The notes beneath the pieces are model-generated. The model worked only from the letters and a program-made list of their open reading frames with translations, had not been told where the DNA came from and searched no databases. Positions 18,608 to 28,800 of a DNA stretch of 52,364 bases are shown here, piece by piece (positions within the stretch are counted from its first letter, which is position 1; every line of letters begins with the position of its first letter). The stretch comes from Candidatus Monoglobus merdigallinarum. Its GTDB lineage: Bacteria > Bacillota > Clostridia > Monoglobales > Monoglobaceae. A program made the translations under genes and the position numbers. Where the stretch lies: assembly GCA_019112945.1 (NCBI GenBank), contig DXIJ01000055.1:1-52364 (forward strand). The letters run 5' to 3'.

Positions 18608-20344
18608 TTATTCAGCATAGGCGTATTCGCCTATAAACAATATCTCATCATTCGCACGGTCATAAATAAAGTAGGTGAACGGCTCATCCGCGGTAAACTC
18701 TATGGGCTCGGGCGGCATAGCGGTGCCTCCGGCCATGACGCCGGTCGCAGCGGCGGCCTCTGTTCCGTTTTCGTCAACATCTATGTAGGTCTTGTGCACG
18801 ACCTTGTCTATAAACACATTCATCGGGTAGTTGTCCACCATACCGCCGAAATCCGCCCGTGCTTCGGAGAACGCGGTTTCTATGCCGAGCTCTTTGAGCA
18901 TATCGCCAAGCTCCGTCTCAAACTCGATCCTAAACTTGGGTATTGACAGGCTGATGTAGGTACTCTTCATCTCCGGGATATAGATATCAAGGTCTACCGC
19001 ACGGCTCTGCGGCAGAGCGATATACATCGAAACATCCGTATCCTTATACGGTATCGCTATCATACGCACATAGTCGCTTTCAAAGTATTGGTAATACCCG
19101 GTCTTGTTCATGAACTCGATTTTCTCTTCACTTCCGTCACGCCCTTTAAACGTCTTAAAATCATTATACGATGAGTTAAATTGAGTGAGCCATTCTCCCT
19201 TAAAGTAAACCGCATTGATAAGCGCGGCAAGGAAATCGCAGTCGCTGATTATGTTCGGTATCCTGCCGTTTGTGTTTTCGCTGACCCAAGCGTTTATCGT
19301 CTCGGCCGCATCGGAATTTCCGACTGTCTTTGCCTCGCCGAAATACGAGTTCTCTATCACCGAGAGAAACTCACGGTTAAACTCCGCCTGCGCAGCGCCG
19401 GGATAGTCCTTGTTCAGCCATATGGAATTTGAAACGCTGAGCGCGACCTCCCCGCTTTGCGCATATTCGGAAATAAGCGCCCTCATACTCTCGTTAAACA
19501 CCTCAAGGTCGTCAATCCCGAGCGCATCGAGGATCTCCCTCTGCGTCTCGCCCTCCGCGCCGTTTGCCGCCATGGCAAGCGCCGCCTTTATACTGAGCGG
19601 CGAGAACATATAGTTTTTATCACTCGGCATCTCGGAGTTAAGATTCCATGCAAAATCCCTGTTATCACGTGATGCGGGAGTTGCGCTTCCCATCACGCGG
19701 GTAAACTGCTGCCGTGTGAAAACTCCGCGCTCTGTCAGCAGCTCATTAAGCCTTCGTCCATCCGCAAGCTTTCCATGCAGTGCCCCGAGGCATATCCTGA
19801 CAACATCACTGCGCTTTAGTTCATAACCATCAGTTCTCACTGCTGTCCGCGTATAGTTATTTTGCAATATTTCGCTATCTACAGCTGTATCATATGCATT
19901 TTCAAGAGTAAGCTCTGTGTACCCGAAAGCGCCCAGCAGCATTTTTACAAATTCGCGCCCGGTCACGCTGCGCTCGGGCGTGAACTCGCTTTCGCCCGTA
20001 CCGTTTATATAGCCGCGGCTGTAGGCGTATTCTGCCGCAGCCTCAGCCCAATGCCCGCTCATATCAGAAAAATGCCTCTCATATGTATCAGGGATATCCT
20101 GCTCCTCGCCTACCATACGCAGAGCCATAAGAACGGCCTCTGCGCGGGTTACGCTTTGCGAAAGGGCATAGCCGTCCCCGGTGCCCTCAAACAATCCCAG
20201 GGCCTCGAGCCGCTGCGCACCGTCATCATAATACGGAACCTCAAGCCCGCCTATCATATATGTATCCTTGCCGTCCGCATACGCGGCAGGTATCCATGCC
20301 GCAAAAAGGCACACGGCAAGCAGTGTGCAAATCAGTTTTTTCAT
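18608..20344 (-). CDS. SLH-anchored serpin (serine protease inhibitor)
   Basis: SLH N-terminus; serpin motifs NYMFSPLS, NAVYFKGEW, VDENGTEAAAAT hinge, FTADEPF. Confidence 0.92.
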   Translation of the reverse strand: MKKLICTLLAVCLFAAWIPAAYADGKDTYMIGGLEVPYYDDGAQRLEALGLFEGTGDGYALSQSVTRAEAVLMALRMVGEEQDIPDTYERHFSDMSGHWAEAAAEYAYSRGYINGTGESEFTPERSVTGREFVKMLLGAFGYTELTLENAYDTAVDSEILQNNYTRTAVRTDGYELKRSDVVRICLGALHGKLADGRRLNELLTERGVFTRQQFTRVMGSATPASRDNRDFAWNLNSEMPSDKNYMFSPLSIKAALAMAANGAEGETQREILDALGIDDLEVFNESMRALISEYAQSGEVALSVSNSIWLNKDYPGAAQAEFNREFLSVIENSYFGEAKTVGNSDAAETINAWVSENTNGRIPNIISDCDFLAALINAVYFKGEWLTQFNSSYNDFKTFKGRDGSEEKIEFMNKTGYYQYFESDYVRMIAIPYKDTDVSMYIALPQSRAVDLDIYIPEMKSTYISLSIPKFRIEFETELGDMLKELGIETAFSEARADFGGMVDNYPMNVFIDKVVHKTYIDVDENGTEAAAATGVMAGGTAMPPEPIEFTADEPFTYFIYDRANDEILFIGEYAYAE

Positions 20345-20451
20345 AATAATCCTCCTAAATACTTTTTATTTTTTAGACATTTAGTCGGGCTTTTTTGTTG
20401 CGGAAATATTATACAAAAAACCGATTTAATAATTGTAGATTATGCCGAAAG

Positions 20452-21222
20452 CTACAGATAGTCGGCAAGGCTCCCCTTTAATCTTGAAAACAGCAGGGCG
20501 GCGCACGCCCCAAGCGCCAGTGTGAGCAGCCAGAAGTAGGCCGTATACGCCGCACCGAGCCCAAACGGCGAACCGCAGAGCACGGTTTGTCTTATACCCT
20601 CGGTTATGTAGGTTACCGGGTTAATAATCTTTACCGCAAGGCCGAGCCGCGGGCTCAGCGAAGAGATATCCCAGAAGATGGGCGTCAGCCAGAAGCCCAG
20701 CTGAAACAAGACGCCGAGAGCGTTTCTGATATCCCTGAAAAAAACCGCGGCGGCGGACATAATGTACGACACCGCAGCGGTAAATATAAGCTCTGCAAGC
20801 AAAAAGTATATAAGCCAAAGGTCGCCCGTTTTCGGGGAGAACCCAAAGAACACACTGAGCGCAAGCAGCAGTGCGGCAAAGAACAGGTGTATAAACGTGT
20901 ATGACACGACCCTGACCGCCGGCAGTACGCGCCAGTCAAACCGCGCCTTTTTCACGAGGAATGAATAGTCGAGCATGACAGATGCGCTGCCGCTTACGCT
21001 CTCCGAAACGAACATATACGGCACCAGCGCGGACACAAGCCACAGGATATAAGGCACGTCCCCTGAGCCGCCGGTCTTTAAAGCCGCCCTAAACACAAAC
21101 CAGTATATCAGCACCGTTATGCACGGATATGCAAAAGCCCAGGCCGCGCCCAGGCTGTTACCGGCATATCTTGATTTAAAATCATTTGCCGCAAGCGCAA
21201 GAAATCTTAAAAACGCTCTCAT
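20452..21222 (-). CDS. ABC-2 type polysaccharide/teichoic-acid exporter permease (TagG/Wzm-like)
   Basis: NDFKSRYAGNSLGAAWAF, FRDI, FWLTPIFW, INP motifs; multiple TM segments. Confidence 0.88.
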   Translation of the reverse strand: MRAFLRFLALAANDFKSRYAGNSLGAAWAFAYPCITVLIYWFVFRAALKTGGSGDVPYILWLVSALVPYMFVSESVSGSASVMLDYSFLVKKARFDWRVLPAVRVVSYTFIHLFFAALLLALSVFFGFSPKTGDLWLIYFLLAELIFTAAVSYIMSAAAVFFRDIRNALGVLFQLGFWLTPIFWDISSLSPRLGLAVKIINPVTYITEGIRQTVLCGSPFGLGAAYTAYFWLLTLALGACAALLFSRLKGSLADYL

Positions 21223-22103
21223 AGCGTCTGTGCGATTTCTTTAAGGTATGCGCCGAAGCTATCCCTAAGATCGCTGCGGCGCAGTGCATATTCGACCGTT
21301 GCCTGAAGAAAGCCGAGGCGGTCTCCCACATCGTACCTGCGCCCTACGAAGTCATATGCGTACATGCTCTGCTCCTTGGCAAGCGCCCGAAGCGCATCGG
21401 TCAGCTGTATCTCTCCGCCCGCGCCGGGGGCTGTGTTCTCCAGCTTTTCAAAGATCTCCGGTGTGATTATATATCTTCCGAGGACTGCAACATCGGTCGG
21501 CGCCTCCTCGGGTCTTGGCTTTTCGACCATATCGTTTACTGTGTAGGTTCTGTCGCCTATCTTCTCACCGTCAACACAGCCGTACTTGCATATATTTTCA
21601 TGCGCGACTGTCTGAACTCCCAGCACGCTGCCGCCGGTGCTTTCATAAACATCTATCAGCTGCTTAAGGCACGGCTTTTCATCACTGAACACAACATCGT
21701 CGCCGAGCAGCACTGCAAACGGCTCGTCTCCGACAAACGCTTTGGCACAGAGCACAGCATGCCCCAAACCTTTTGCCTCCTGCTGGCGCACCGTCACGAC
21801 CTGAACCATTTCGGCAATCTCCCTTATCTGTCTCAGTTCCTCGGTCTTGCCGCCTTTCTCAAGCAGGGCTTCAAGCTCAAACGTGCGGTCAAAATGATCC
21901 TCTATCGCCTTTTTTGTATGGCTGGTTATAAGGCATATCTGCTCGATCCCCGACTCGACCGCCTCCTTTACTATGTACTGAATCGTCGGTGTGTCAACTA
22001 TCGGCAGCATTTCCTTAGGCATTGCCTTGGTCGCGGGCAAAAACCTGGTTCCCCATCCCGCCGCAGGTATGACTGCTTTTCTTACTCTTTTTATATTCTC
22101 CAT
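21219..22103 (-). CDS. galU: UTP-glucose-1-phosphate uridylyltransferase
   Basis: KAVIPAAGWGTRFLPATKAMPKEMLPIVD, GLGHAV, VEKP. Confidence 0.96.
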   Translation of the reverse strand: MENIKRVRKAVIPAAGWGTRFLPATKAMPKEMLPIVDTPTIQYIVKEAVESGIEQICLITSHTKKAIEDHFDRTFELEALLEKGGKTEELRQIREIAEMVQVVTVRQQEAKGLGHAVLCAKAFVGDEPFAVLLGDDVVFSDEKPCLKQLIDVYESTGGSVLGVQTVAHENICKYGCVDGEKIGDRTYTVNDMVEKPRPEEAPTDVAVLGRYIITPEIFEKLENTAPGAGGEIQLTDALRALAKEQSMYAYDFVGRRYDVGDRLGFLQATVEYALRRSDLRDSFGAYLKEIAQTL

Positions 22104-22125
22104 TTTTCAACCTCTCCTGATTTGT

Positions 22126-22851
22126 TTATTTTTCGTTTTGATTATTTATCTTCCAGTCGGGCAGCCCGGTTTGTATCGCATGCATCATTTTGGTCTTAAA
22201 AAATTTATCCTCCCGGCGGCGCTCATCAATAAAACCTCTCATGTCCCGCCTCTTGGACTTTCCGTCCATGGGGCAATTGCTCAAAACCACCGGCAGCGCG
22301 CTGCGCTTTGCAAAACCCTTTATATCACCCTCCGGCACATAGATCATCGGACGGATAACATGAATATCACGCCTTGAAAGATAGGTCACCGGCGAGAAGC
22401 ACGAAAGCCGCCCCTCATAAAACAGCGACAGGAAAAACGTCTCGATAACATCCTCGTTATGATGCCCGAGCGCGACCTTGCCGCAGCCGTTTTTGACCGC
22501 CAGGTCGTTGACCCCGCCGCGGCGCATCTTAGCACAGAGCGAACACGGGTTCTTCTCCTGTCTTATGTCAAACACCACCTCTGCGATATCGGTCTTTTCG
22601 ACTATATACTCAACCCCGAGCCTTTGGCAAAGCGCGGCTACCTCCGAAAAGTCGGTACCATCAAAGCCCATATCTATCGAAACACCCACAAGCTCAAAGC
22701 ACTTTGGGTAAAACCGTCTGAGCTCACTCAGCGCGCACAGCAGAGTCAGGCTGTCCTTGCCGCCCGACACCCCAACAGCTATCCTGTCGCCTTCCTCTAT
22801 CATGTTGTAATCATCGACCGCGCGGCGCAGACGGCTTAAAATCTTTCTCAT
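22126..22851 (-). CDS. ttcA: tRNA 2-thiocytidine biosynthesis TtcA family protein
   Basis: PP-loop SGGKDS, CSLC, LGHH, IRP. Confidence 0.85.
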   Translation of the reverse strand: MRKILSRLRRAVDDYNMIEEGDRIAVGVSGGKDSLTLLCALSELRRFYPKCFELVGVSIDMGFDGTDFSEVAALCQRLGVEYIVEKTDIAEVVFDIRQEKNPCSLCAKMRRGGVNDLAVKNGCGKVALGHHNEDVIETFFLSLFYEGRLSCFSPVTYLSRRDIHVIRPMIYVPEGDIKGFAKRSALPVVLSNCPMDGKSKRRDMRGFIDERRREDKFFKTKMMHAIQTGLPDWKINNQNEK

Positions 22852-22954
22852 ACTTCTCCTTGCCCAAATTCACTCTATAGTTTTTTATGAGCCTATTGTA
22901 ACACATAATATGATTTAAATCAAGGAAAGACTTGAAAAAACGTGATATTTAAAT

Positions 22955-23039
22955 AAAAAAACAGACCGCCGTTTGAGCGGTCTGAAAAAAATAAAAAGAG
23001 AGGGAGTTATGTTTAACTTTTGCAGCAATCCCTTGCTAC
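22955..23039 (-). ncRNA. Candidate small RNA, copy 1 (~85 nt)
   Basis: GUAGCAA-GGGA-UUGCUGC hairpin, AAAAGUUAAACAUAACUCCCUCUCUUUUU, CAGACCGC/GCGGUCUG terminator with U-tract; paralog at 25728-25809. Confidence 0.7.
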
Positions 23040-23046
23040 GGTTAGA

Positions 23047-23111
23047 ATTATATCACCTTTTGTCGAGTACGTGGTGAACAGAATGTGAAAAAGTGTTTAA
23101 CAGTTTGTGAA
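23047..23111 (-). promoter_or_regulatory. Promoter of sRNA copy 1: TATAAT plus four 11-bp-phased boxes
   Basis: TTCACA-N5-TTAAAC-N5-TTCACA-N5-TTCACC-N20-TATAAT-N7-G. Confidence 0.7.
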
Positions 23112-23120
23112 CATATAAGA

Positions 23121-23795
23121 TTACCTCTGTGCACCCTCAAGCAGCTCCGCAAGCTCTGTAAGGTCTTTTTTTACATAATCAGCCGCCGCGAGCATATCGC
23201 TGTCCGGCTCCAGAATATCCGGGATGAGCACACTGACGCAGCCCGCAGCGGAAGCCGCAAGTATCCCGTTCCTGGAATCCTCGGCAACGAGGCATTCACT
23301 CGTTTTAAGCCCCAGCTTTTTTGCAGCCAGTATATAGCAGTCGGGTGCGGGCTTGCCTTTTTTTACCATATCGCCCGAGACTACAGTGTCAAAACTTTCA
23401 AGTATGCCCCCGGCCTTTAAATTATAAAGCGCCCTGCTTGTCGTTGTTGAGGTCACGACCGCGCTTAGGAGCCCCAGCTTCTTTATGCACGCGAGCATCT
23501 CGTGCACACCGGGCTTAAAGTCAACGCCCGCGCTCTCTATTATGTCGCTCATCACCTTCAGCTTACGCGCCCTGAATTCTTTGTAGTCGATATCCCGGCT
23601 CAGCTCTTTGTAAAACTTTTCCTCAATATCTCTCGTCGGCAGACCTATGCACTCCACCATAAACCGCCTTGGGATACTTAGCCCGTACTCACGGCCCGCG
23701 ACCGCCCATGCGAATATTGAAGTCGATTCGCTATCGTAAAGCGTTCCGTCCATATCAAACAGCACGCCCCTAACCGCGCGGAGGTCTTTGCTCAC
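23121..23795 (-). CDS. HAD-superfamily phosphatase (beta-PGM/CbbY-like)
   Basis: FDMDGTL, KPAPDCY, EDSRNG motifs. Confidence 0.9.
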   Translation of the reverse strand: MSKDLRAVRGVLFDMDGTLYDSESTSIFAWAVAGREYGLSIPRRFMVECIGLPTRDIEEKFYKELSRDIDYKEFRARKLKVMSDIIESAGVDFKPGVHEMLACIKKLGLLSAVVTSTTTSRALYNLKAGGILESFDTVVSGDMVKKGKPAPDCYILAAKKLGLKTSECLVAEDSRNGILAASAAGCVSVLIPDILEPDSDMLAAADYVKKDLTELAELLEGAQR

Positions 23796-23985
23796 TCTGA
23801 CCGCTCCTTTCGTATGTACTCAATATATAAAATTATATAACAAACGGCGCGGATTTGCAATAACAAAACCTGCCCCGCAGAGAATTTTTGCGGCTTGACA
23901 CGGCCGCACAGGTGATATATAATAAAAAATGCTATATAAATCTGCAAAACATTCGGTTTTTAATACTTAAGGAGTGTGATATAAA

Positions 23986-25647
23986 ATGAGAAGTGACAGA
24001 ATCACAAAAGGAGTTAAGGCTGCGCCTCAGCGTTCGCTGCTCTATGCACTGGGACTTACCGAAGAAGAAATGAACAAGCCGCTTATCGGCGTGGTCAGTT
24101 CCAAGAACGACATTGTGCCGGGGCACATGAATATAGACAAGGTGGTTGAAGCCGTCAAGCAGGGCGTTGCGCTGGCCGGCGGCGTTCCTATCGTTTTCCC
24201 GGCGATCGCGGTCTGCGACGGCATAGCGATGGGGCACGAGGGCATGAAATACTCACTCGTCACACGTGAGCTCATAGCGGATTCCACAGAGGCAATGGCA
24301 ATGGCACATCCGTTTGACGGTCTGGTAATGGTTCCGAACTGCGACAAAAACGTGCCCGGCCTGCTGATGGCAGCGGCAAGGCTGAATATCCCGTCTATCT
24401 TCGTCAGCGGCGGTCCCATGCTCTCGGGCACAGACTGGACCGGCGGACAGGCCAGCTACTCGACAATGATAGAGGCGGTAAGCCGCGTAAATGTCGGCGA
24501 GATAGATGAAAACGAGCTCAAGACCTGCGAGGAAAATTCCTGCCCGACCTGCGGCTCATGTTCCGGTATGTTCACCGCAAACAGCATGAACTGCCTGACT
24601 GAGGTTCTCGGCATGGGACTTAAAGGCAACGGCTCGATCCCGGCAGTGTTCTCCGAAAGACTGCGTCTTGCCAAGACCGCCGGAATGAAGATTATGGAGC
24701 TTGTTGAAAAAGACATAAAACCGCGCGATATCATGACAAAAGAAGCGTTCATCAACGCGCTCACTGTCGACATGGCTCTCGGCTGCAGCACAAACAGCGC
24801 GCTGCACCTGCCGGCTATCGCTCACGAATGCGGTATTGAGCTGCCCTTTGACACTATAAACGTTGTATCCGAAAAAACACCTAACCTCTGTCATCTTGCC
24901 CCGGCGGGCGGACACTTTATGCTGGACCTCAACAGGGCGGGCGGAGTATATGCAGTCATGCACGAGCTTGACAAGCTCGGCCTTATCGACAAGAGCCCGA
25001 TAACAGTCACCGGCAGCACGGTCGGCGAGAACATAGAGGGCTGCGAGATAACAAACACGGATGTCATCAGAACCAAGGATAATCCGTACAGCAAGACCGG
25101 CGGACTGGCTGTGCTCAAGGGCAACATCGCACCGGACGGCTGTGTGGTAAAACGCTCCGCGGTTGACGAGAAGATGATGAAGCATTCCGGAAAGGCACGC
25201 GTTTTCGACTGCGAGGAGGAAGCGGTAGACGCCATATACGGAGGAAAGATAAACGCCGGAGACGTTATAGTAATCCGCTACGAAGGGCCAAAGGGCGGCC
25301 CCGGTATGAGAGAAATGCTGTATCCGACCTCAGCGATAGTCGGCAGCGGACTGGGCGACAGCGTTGCGCTGATTACCGACGGCAGGTTTTCGGGCGCGAC
25401 CAGAGGCGCGGCTATAGGTCACGTGTCTCCCGAGGCGGCCGAGGGCGGAGTTATCGGCCTTGTTGAGGAGGGCGACATCATAGAAATAGATATCCCCAAT
25501 TACTCGATAAGCCTGAAAGTCACGGACGAGGAGCTTGCAAAGCGCAAAGAAAACTTTGTTCCGCGTGAGCCGAAGATTAAGACCGGGTATCTTGCACGAT
25601 ACGCAAAGCAGGTCACCTCGGGTGCGACCGGCGCTATACTCAAATAA
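23986..25647 (+). CDS. ilvD: Dihydroxy-acid dehydratase
   Basis: [50 protein letters not shown]. Confidence 0.97.
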   Translation: MRSDRITKGVKAAPQRSLLYALGLTEEEMNKPLIGVVSSKNDIVPGHMNIDKVVEAVKQGVALAGGVPIVFPAIAVCDGIAMGHEGMKYSLVTRELIADSTEAMAMAHPFDGLVMVPNCDKNVPGLLMAAARLNIPSIFVSGGPMLSGTDWTGGQASYSTMIEAVSRVNVGEIDENELKTCEENSCPTCGSCSGMFTANSMNCLTEVLGMGLKGNGSIPAVFSERLRLAKTAGMKIMELVEKDIKPRDIMTKEAFINALTVDMALGCSTNSALHLPAIAHECGIELPFDTINVVSEKTPNLCHLAPAGGHFMLDLNRAGGVYAVMHELDKLGLIDKSPITVTGSTVGENIEGCEITNTDVIRTKDNPYSKTGGLAVLKGNIAPDGCVVKRSAVDEKMMKHSGKARVFDCEEEAVDAIYGGKINAGDVIVIRYEGPKGGPGMREMLYPTSAIVGSGLGDSVALITDGRFSGATRGAAIGHVSPEAAEGGVIGLVEEGDIIEIDIPNYSISLKVTDEELAKRKENFVPREPKIKTGYLARYAKQVTSGATGAILK

Positions 25648-25656
25648 TTATAAGTA

Positions 25657-25720
25657 TTCACAATTTATTAAATAGTTTTTTACAGATTATTCACCCAAAT
25701 TGCTTAAAAATCTGTATAAT
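25657..25720 (+). promoter_or_regulatory. Promoter of sRNA copy 2: four 11-bp-phased boxes plus TATAAT
   Basis: TTCACA-N5-TTAAAT-N5-TTTACA-N5-TTCACC-N19-TATAAT-N7-G. Confidence 0.7.
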
Positions 25721-25727
25721 AAGAATT

Positions 25728-25809
25728 GTAGCAAGCAGTTGCTGCAAAATATAAACATAACTCCCTCCCTTTTTATTGGAACCGCTTTCCCCAAGGCGGT
25801 TCTTTTTTT
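25728..25809 (+). ncRNA. Candidate small RNA, copy 2 (~82 nt)
   Basis: GUAGCAA-GCAG-UUGCUGC hairpin, AAAAUAUAAACAUAACUCCCUCCCUUUUU, GAACCGC/GCGGUUC terminator with U-tract. Confidence 0.7.
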
Positions 25810-25870
25810 GTCTTGAGTATCCCGGACGAAAAAAGTCCGGCGGAGCTGTTCCGCCGGATCGTAAGTCTTG

Positions 25871-28800
25871 CTATAATCTGACCGCCTCACAGAGCGGCGC
25901 GTTATTCTCGTCCCACAAAAATACCCTGCCGTTTTGGATACTGCCCGGGACAGTGACCGTCTGTACGCTGCCCGCACTCACGCTGTACTCGCTGCACTCG
26001 GTAAGACAGCCGTTTTCATCATAGACCGCGACATAAAGGTGCGCGTCCGTGTCCTTTGAGTAGGCGGTTATCTTGCCGCCGCTTTCAAACAAAACGGTAT
26101 CGTTATATTCTATATCGAGACTGACGTTTGAGAGATACATAAGCCATCCGCCGAACCGCTGGAAGTGCAGCGTTGAGAACGCCACGCTCGTGTCAAATTC
26201 AAATTCATAGTCAAATATTGACTCACCAAGACTGTACACACCGCTTGCCGAGTTATATTCGGTGTACGGTGTAAACGAATACTTGCCCTTGCCGGTGTAA
26301 TAGTCAAGAACCGCCGTCACCTTGTACCATGTCTTGAGCTGCGGCTTGTTCTCCGAATCCGCCGGTATACTCGGACGGTTTTCATCTTCTTCGTCATACT
26401 CCTTAAAGAAGCCGAGGTCGTGCTGCGCGTATATGCTTGCGATTTTAACGGTGCTGCCGCTTTCGTCAATGCCCTGAAGCATAAACCGCGCACCCGTATT
26501 CTCGACACCCCTTTCGCCCAGCATATAGTAGTCGGCCGAAGCCGTTATTATACCTCTGCTCTGCGGATTAAATGTTCTGCTCGTCGCGCCCCAGAACTGC
26601 AGCACTGTACCGCTGTTGCCGCCGATAGGCGACTGAGAACAGTCAACTATCTCATCGCCGCTCGGGATATACCATGCCGCCCCGTCAAAATCAGTGTCGT
26701 GAAACGGAACACCGTAGTCATCATATTCAACATCGCTTTCACCGTTCAGCGTCAAGCGGCTGAACTTGGCTGCTGCGAAGTACTCCTTTACAGACACACC
26801 CTCTGCGCTGTCTACCGCAAGTCCGACATAAAGCCGCTCCGGCAGATTGGAGTATTCCACAGAAAACGGCTGTCTTGCATTGCTGCTGTAGTCAATACCG
26901 TTATCGGAAACACTGAATGTCAGCGTGTCTCCTACGCGCTGTATCTTCATATATCGGGGCATTGCGTAACTCGTATCGCCGTTGTCACAGTCGTTGCCGT
27001 CAGCGTCCTTGAAAAATATCTCCTTTGAGTTCTGTCCGGTGCGCGTCCTGCTGAAAACTCTGACGTTCTCTCCGCCGCGGCCCCAGCCGTCGCCAATCAT
27101 TGCCATGACAGAATCGGGGCTTAATGAAGCCCGCACCATAAGGCCGCTCACCTGCTGGTTCTCAAATTTGGGAATGCTCTCGGTGCGCACGGTAATCTCA
27201 AAGTCGCCGTCTACCGGTTTATACATAAAGTCGCAGGAATCCGAGGCGCTTTCCGTGATCCGTCCGGAGCCGTATATCGAATACACTCCCGTCTCGTCCA
27301 TAGACGCGCCGCCGAGGCCATCGTAACCGGTAGAGCCTATCTGAACATGCGAGTAGCTTCCCGGCTCTGCTGCTGCCTTTACATATACTATCGAGGTAGT
27401 GCTCTGCGTCTTTTCGCCGCGGGTGTTGTATGCGCGGCAAGTCAGATAATGCGTGCCTGCGCTCAGGTTCAGGTCGGTCTCTATATAGCTTCCGTCAAAG
27501 CTGTAGATGAGCATATTGCCGTCATAAAGCTCCATTTTTGTCACCGCGTTTCCGCCGGCCTCAAACGCCTGCGCACTGTAATGCACGCTCTCGCCCTCTG
27601 TAACGACTTCCCAGTTGCCGTTGTCTACGCTGACCTCCTCGCCGCCGATACTTACAGTATCATTTACCGACGCCGTCGCCGGGGACTTGACAACTATCTC
27701 CGGGTTTGTAGGCGGAATCGCAGACTGCTCGGCAGTCCATTCATTTATATATGCTTCTATCAGAGTGTATCCCGCATATTCTCCGCTTTCGATAATATCA
27801 GTTTCGGCCATGCCGTCAAAGCCGTTTTGAGATATCCATTCCTGCGGCACCTCAAAAGCACGGTATTCCGTATCCGAGGCGATAAGACCGCCGACCTCTG
27901 AGGCGTTGTTTATAACGCGTCCGGTGCCGTGCTTCACATCGCCGACTATTCTGGCGTCGACAGCATCACGCCTCGGCAGGGTCGCCCCGGCGTTATTCAG
28001 CACATAGTCATACGCATCGGCGGCGGACATACGCTCTATATCGTATTCGCCCATATCTATCTCCGCGCTCAGCAGCTCTGCCTGTGCAGAGTTGTTTACT
28101 CCGAGAACATTGTTTTCCGTATACTCCCTGTTTCCGAAAACATAGTTGCCGTCAAAGTAGAACCGCGATTTGGGATCGCCGGCATTGAGCGGTGCGCTAA
28201 CATCGAATATCCTGTACCTAAGGCTGCTTCTGGTGGACGGGCCGTATTTATAATAGTTTCCTACCCAATTCACGTTGGACGGCTCAAAGCTCGACCTGTC
28301 CGAAGAGTACGGCTCCGCACCGTACGCCGAGTTGGTCTGTCCCCAATCGTAGATCACGTTATTGGAAACGTCAGTGCTCTTTAGCTGTCTGTCCAGCCTC
28401 GGGCTCCTGCTGTCGTGATGTGCAAGCAGATTAAAGGCGTAGCTCGCATCCGTACCTCCCCAGATAGCTCCGTAGCCGTGCGCACCCTTGACGTGATTGC
28501 TCATTCTCAGGCTCTCCGAGCCGATAGTATTTTGTATAGTCAAATGGTTGCCGACAGTTTTGCCCTCCTCGGCCGCGCCTGCATACAGCGTCAAAAGTTC
28601 GTCCACGCACCATGACACGCTGCAGTGGTCGATTATTATATTGGTGTTAAAGCGTCCTCCCAGACCGTCCGGCTCGCCGCCGTTTTTATCTGTGGGACGT
28701 ATGCGCATATATCTTATGATTATGTTTTCGACCTCATCGTCAAACACTACGTTTCCGCCGCTTACAGTAATACCGTCACCCGGCGCGGTCTGGCCGAGTA

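Noticed and set aside
23796-23985. T-box or leader-peptide attenuator upstream of ilvD (also checked upstream of ilvA)
   Set aside because: Promoters lie close to the start codons; no T-box motif or terminator seen
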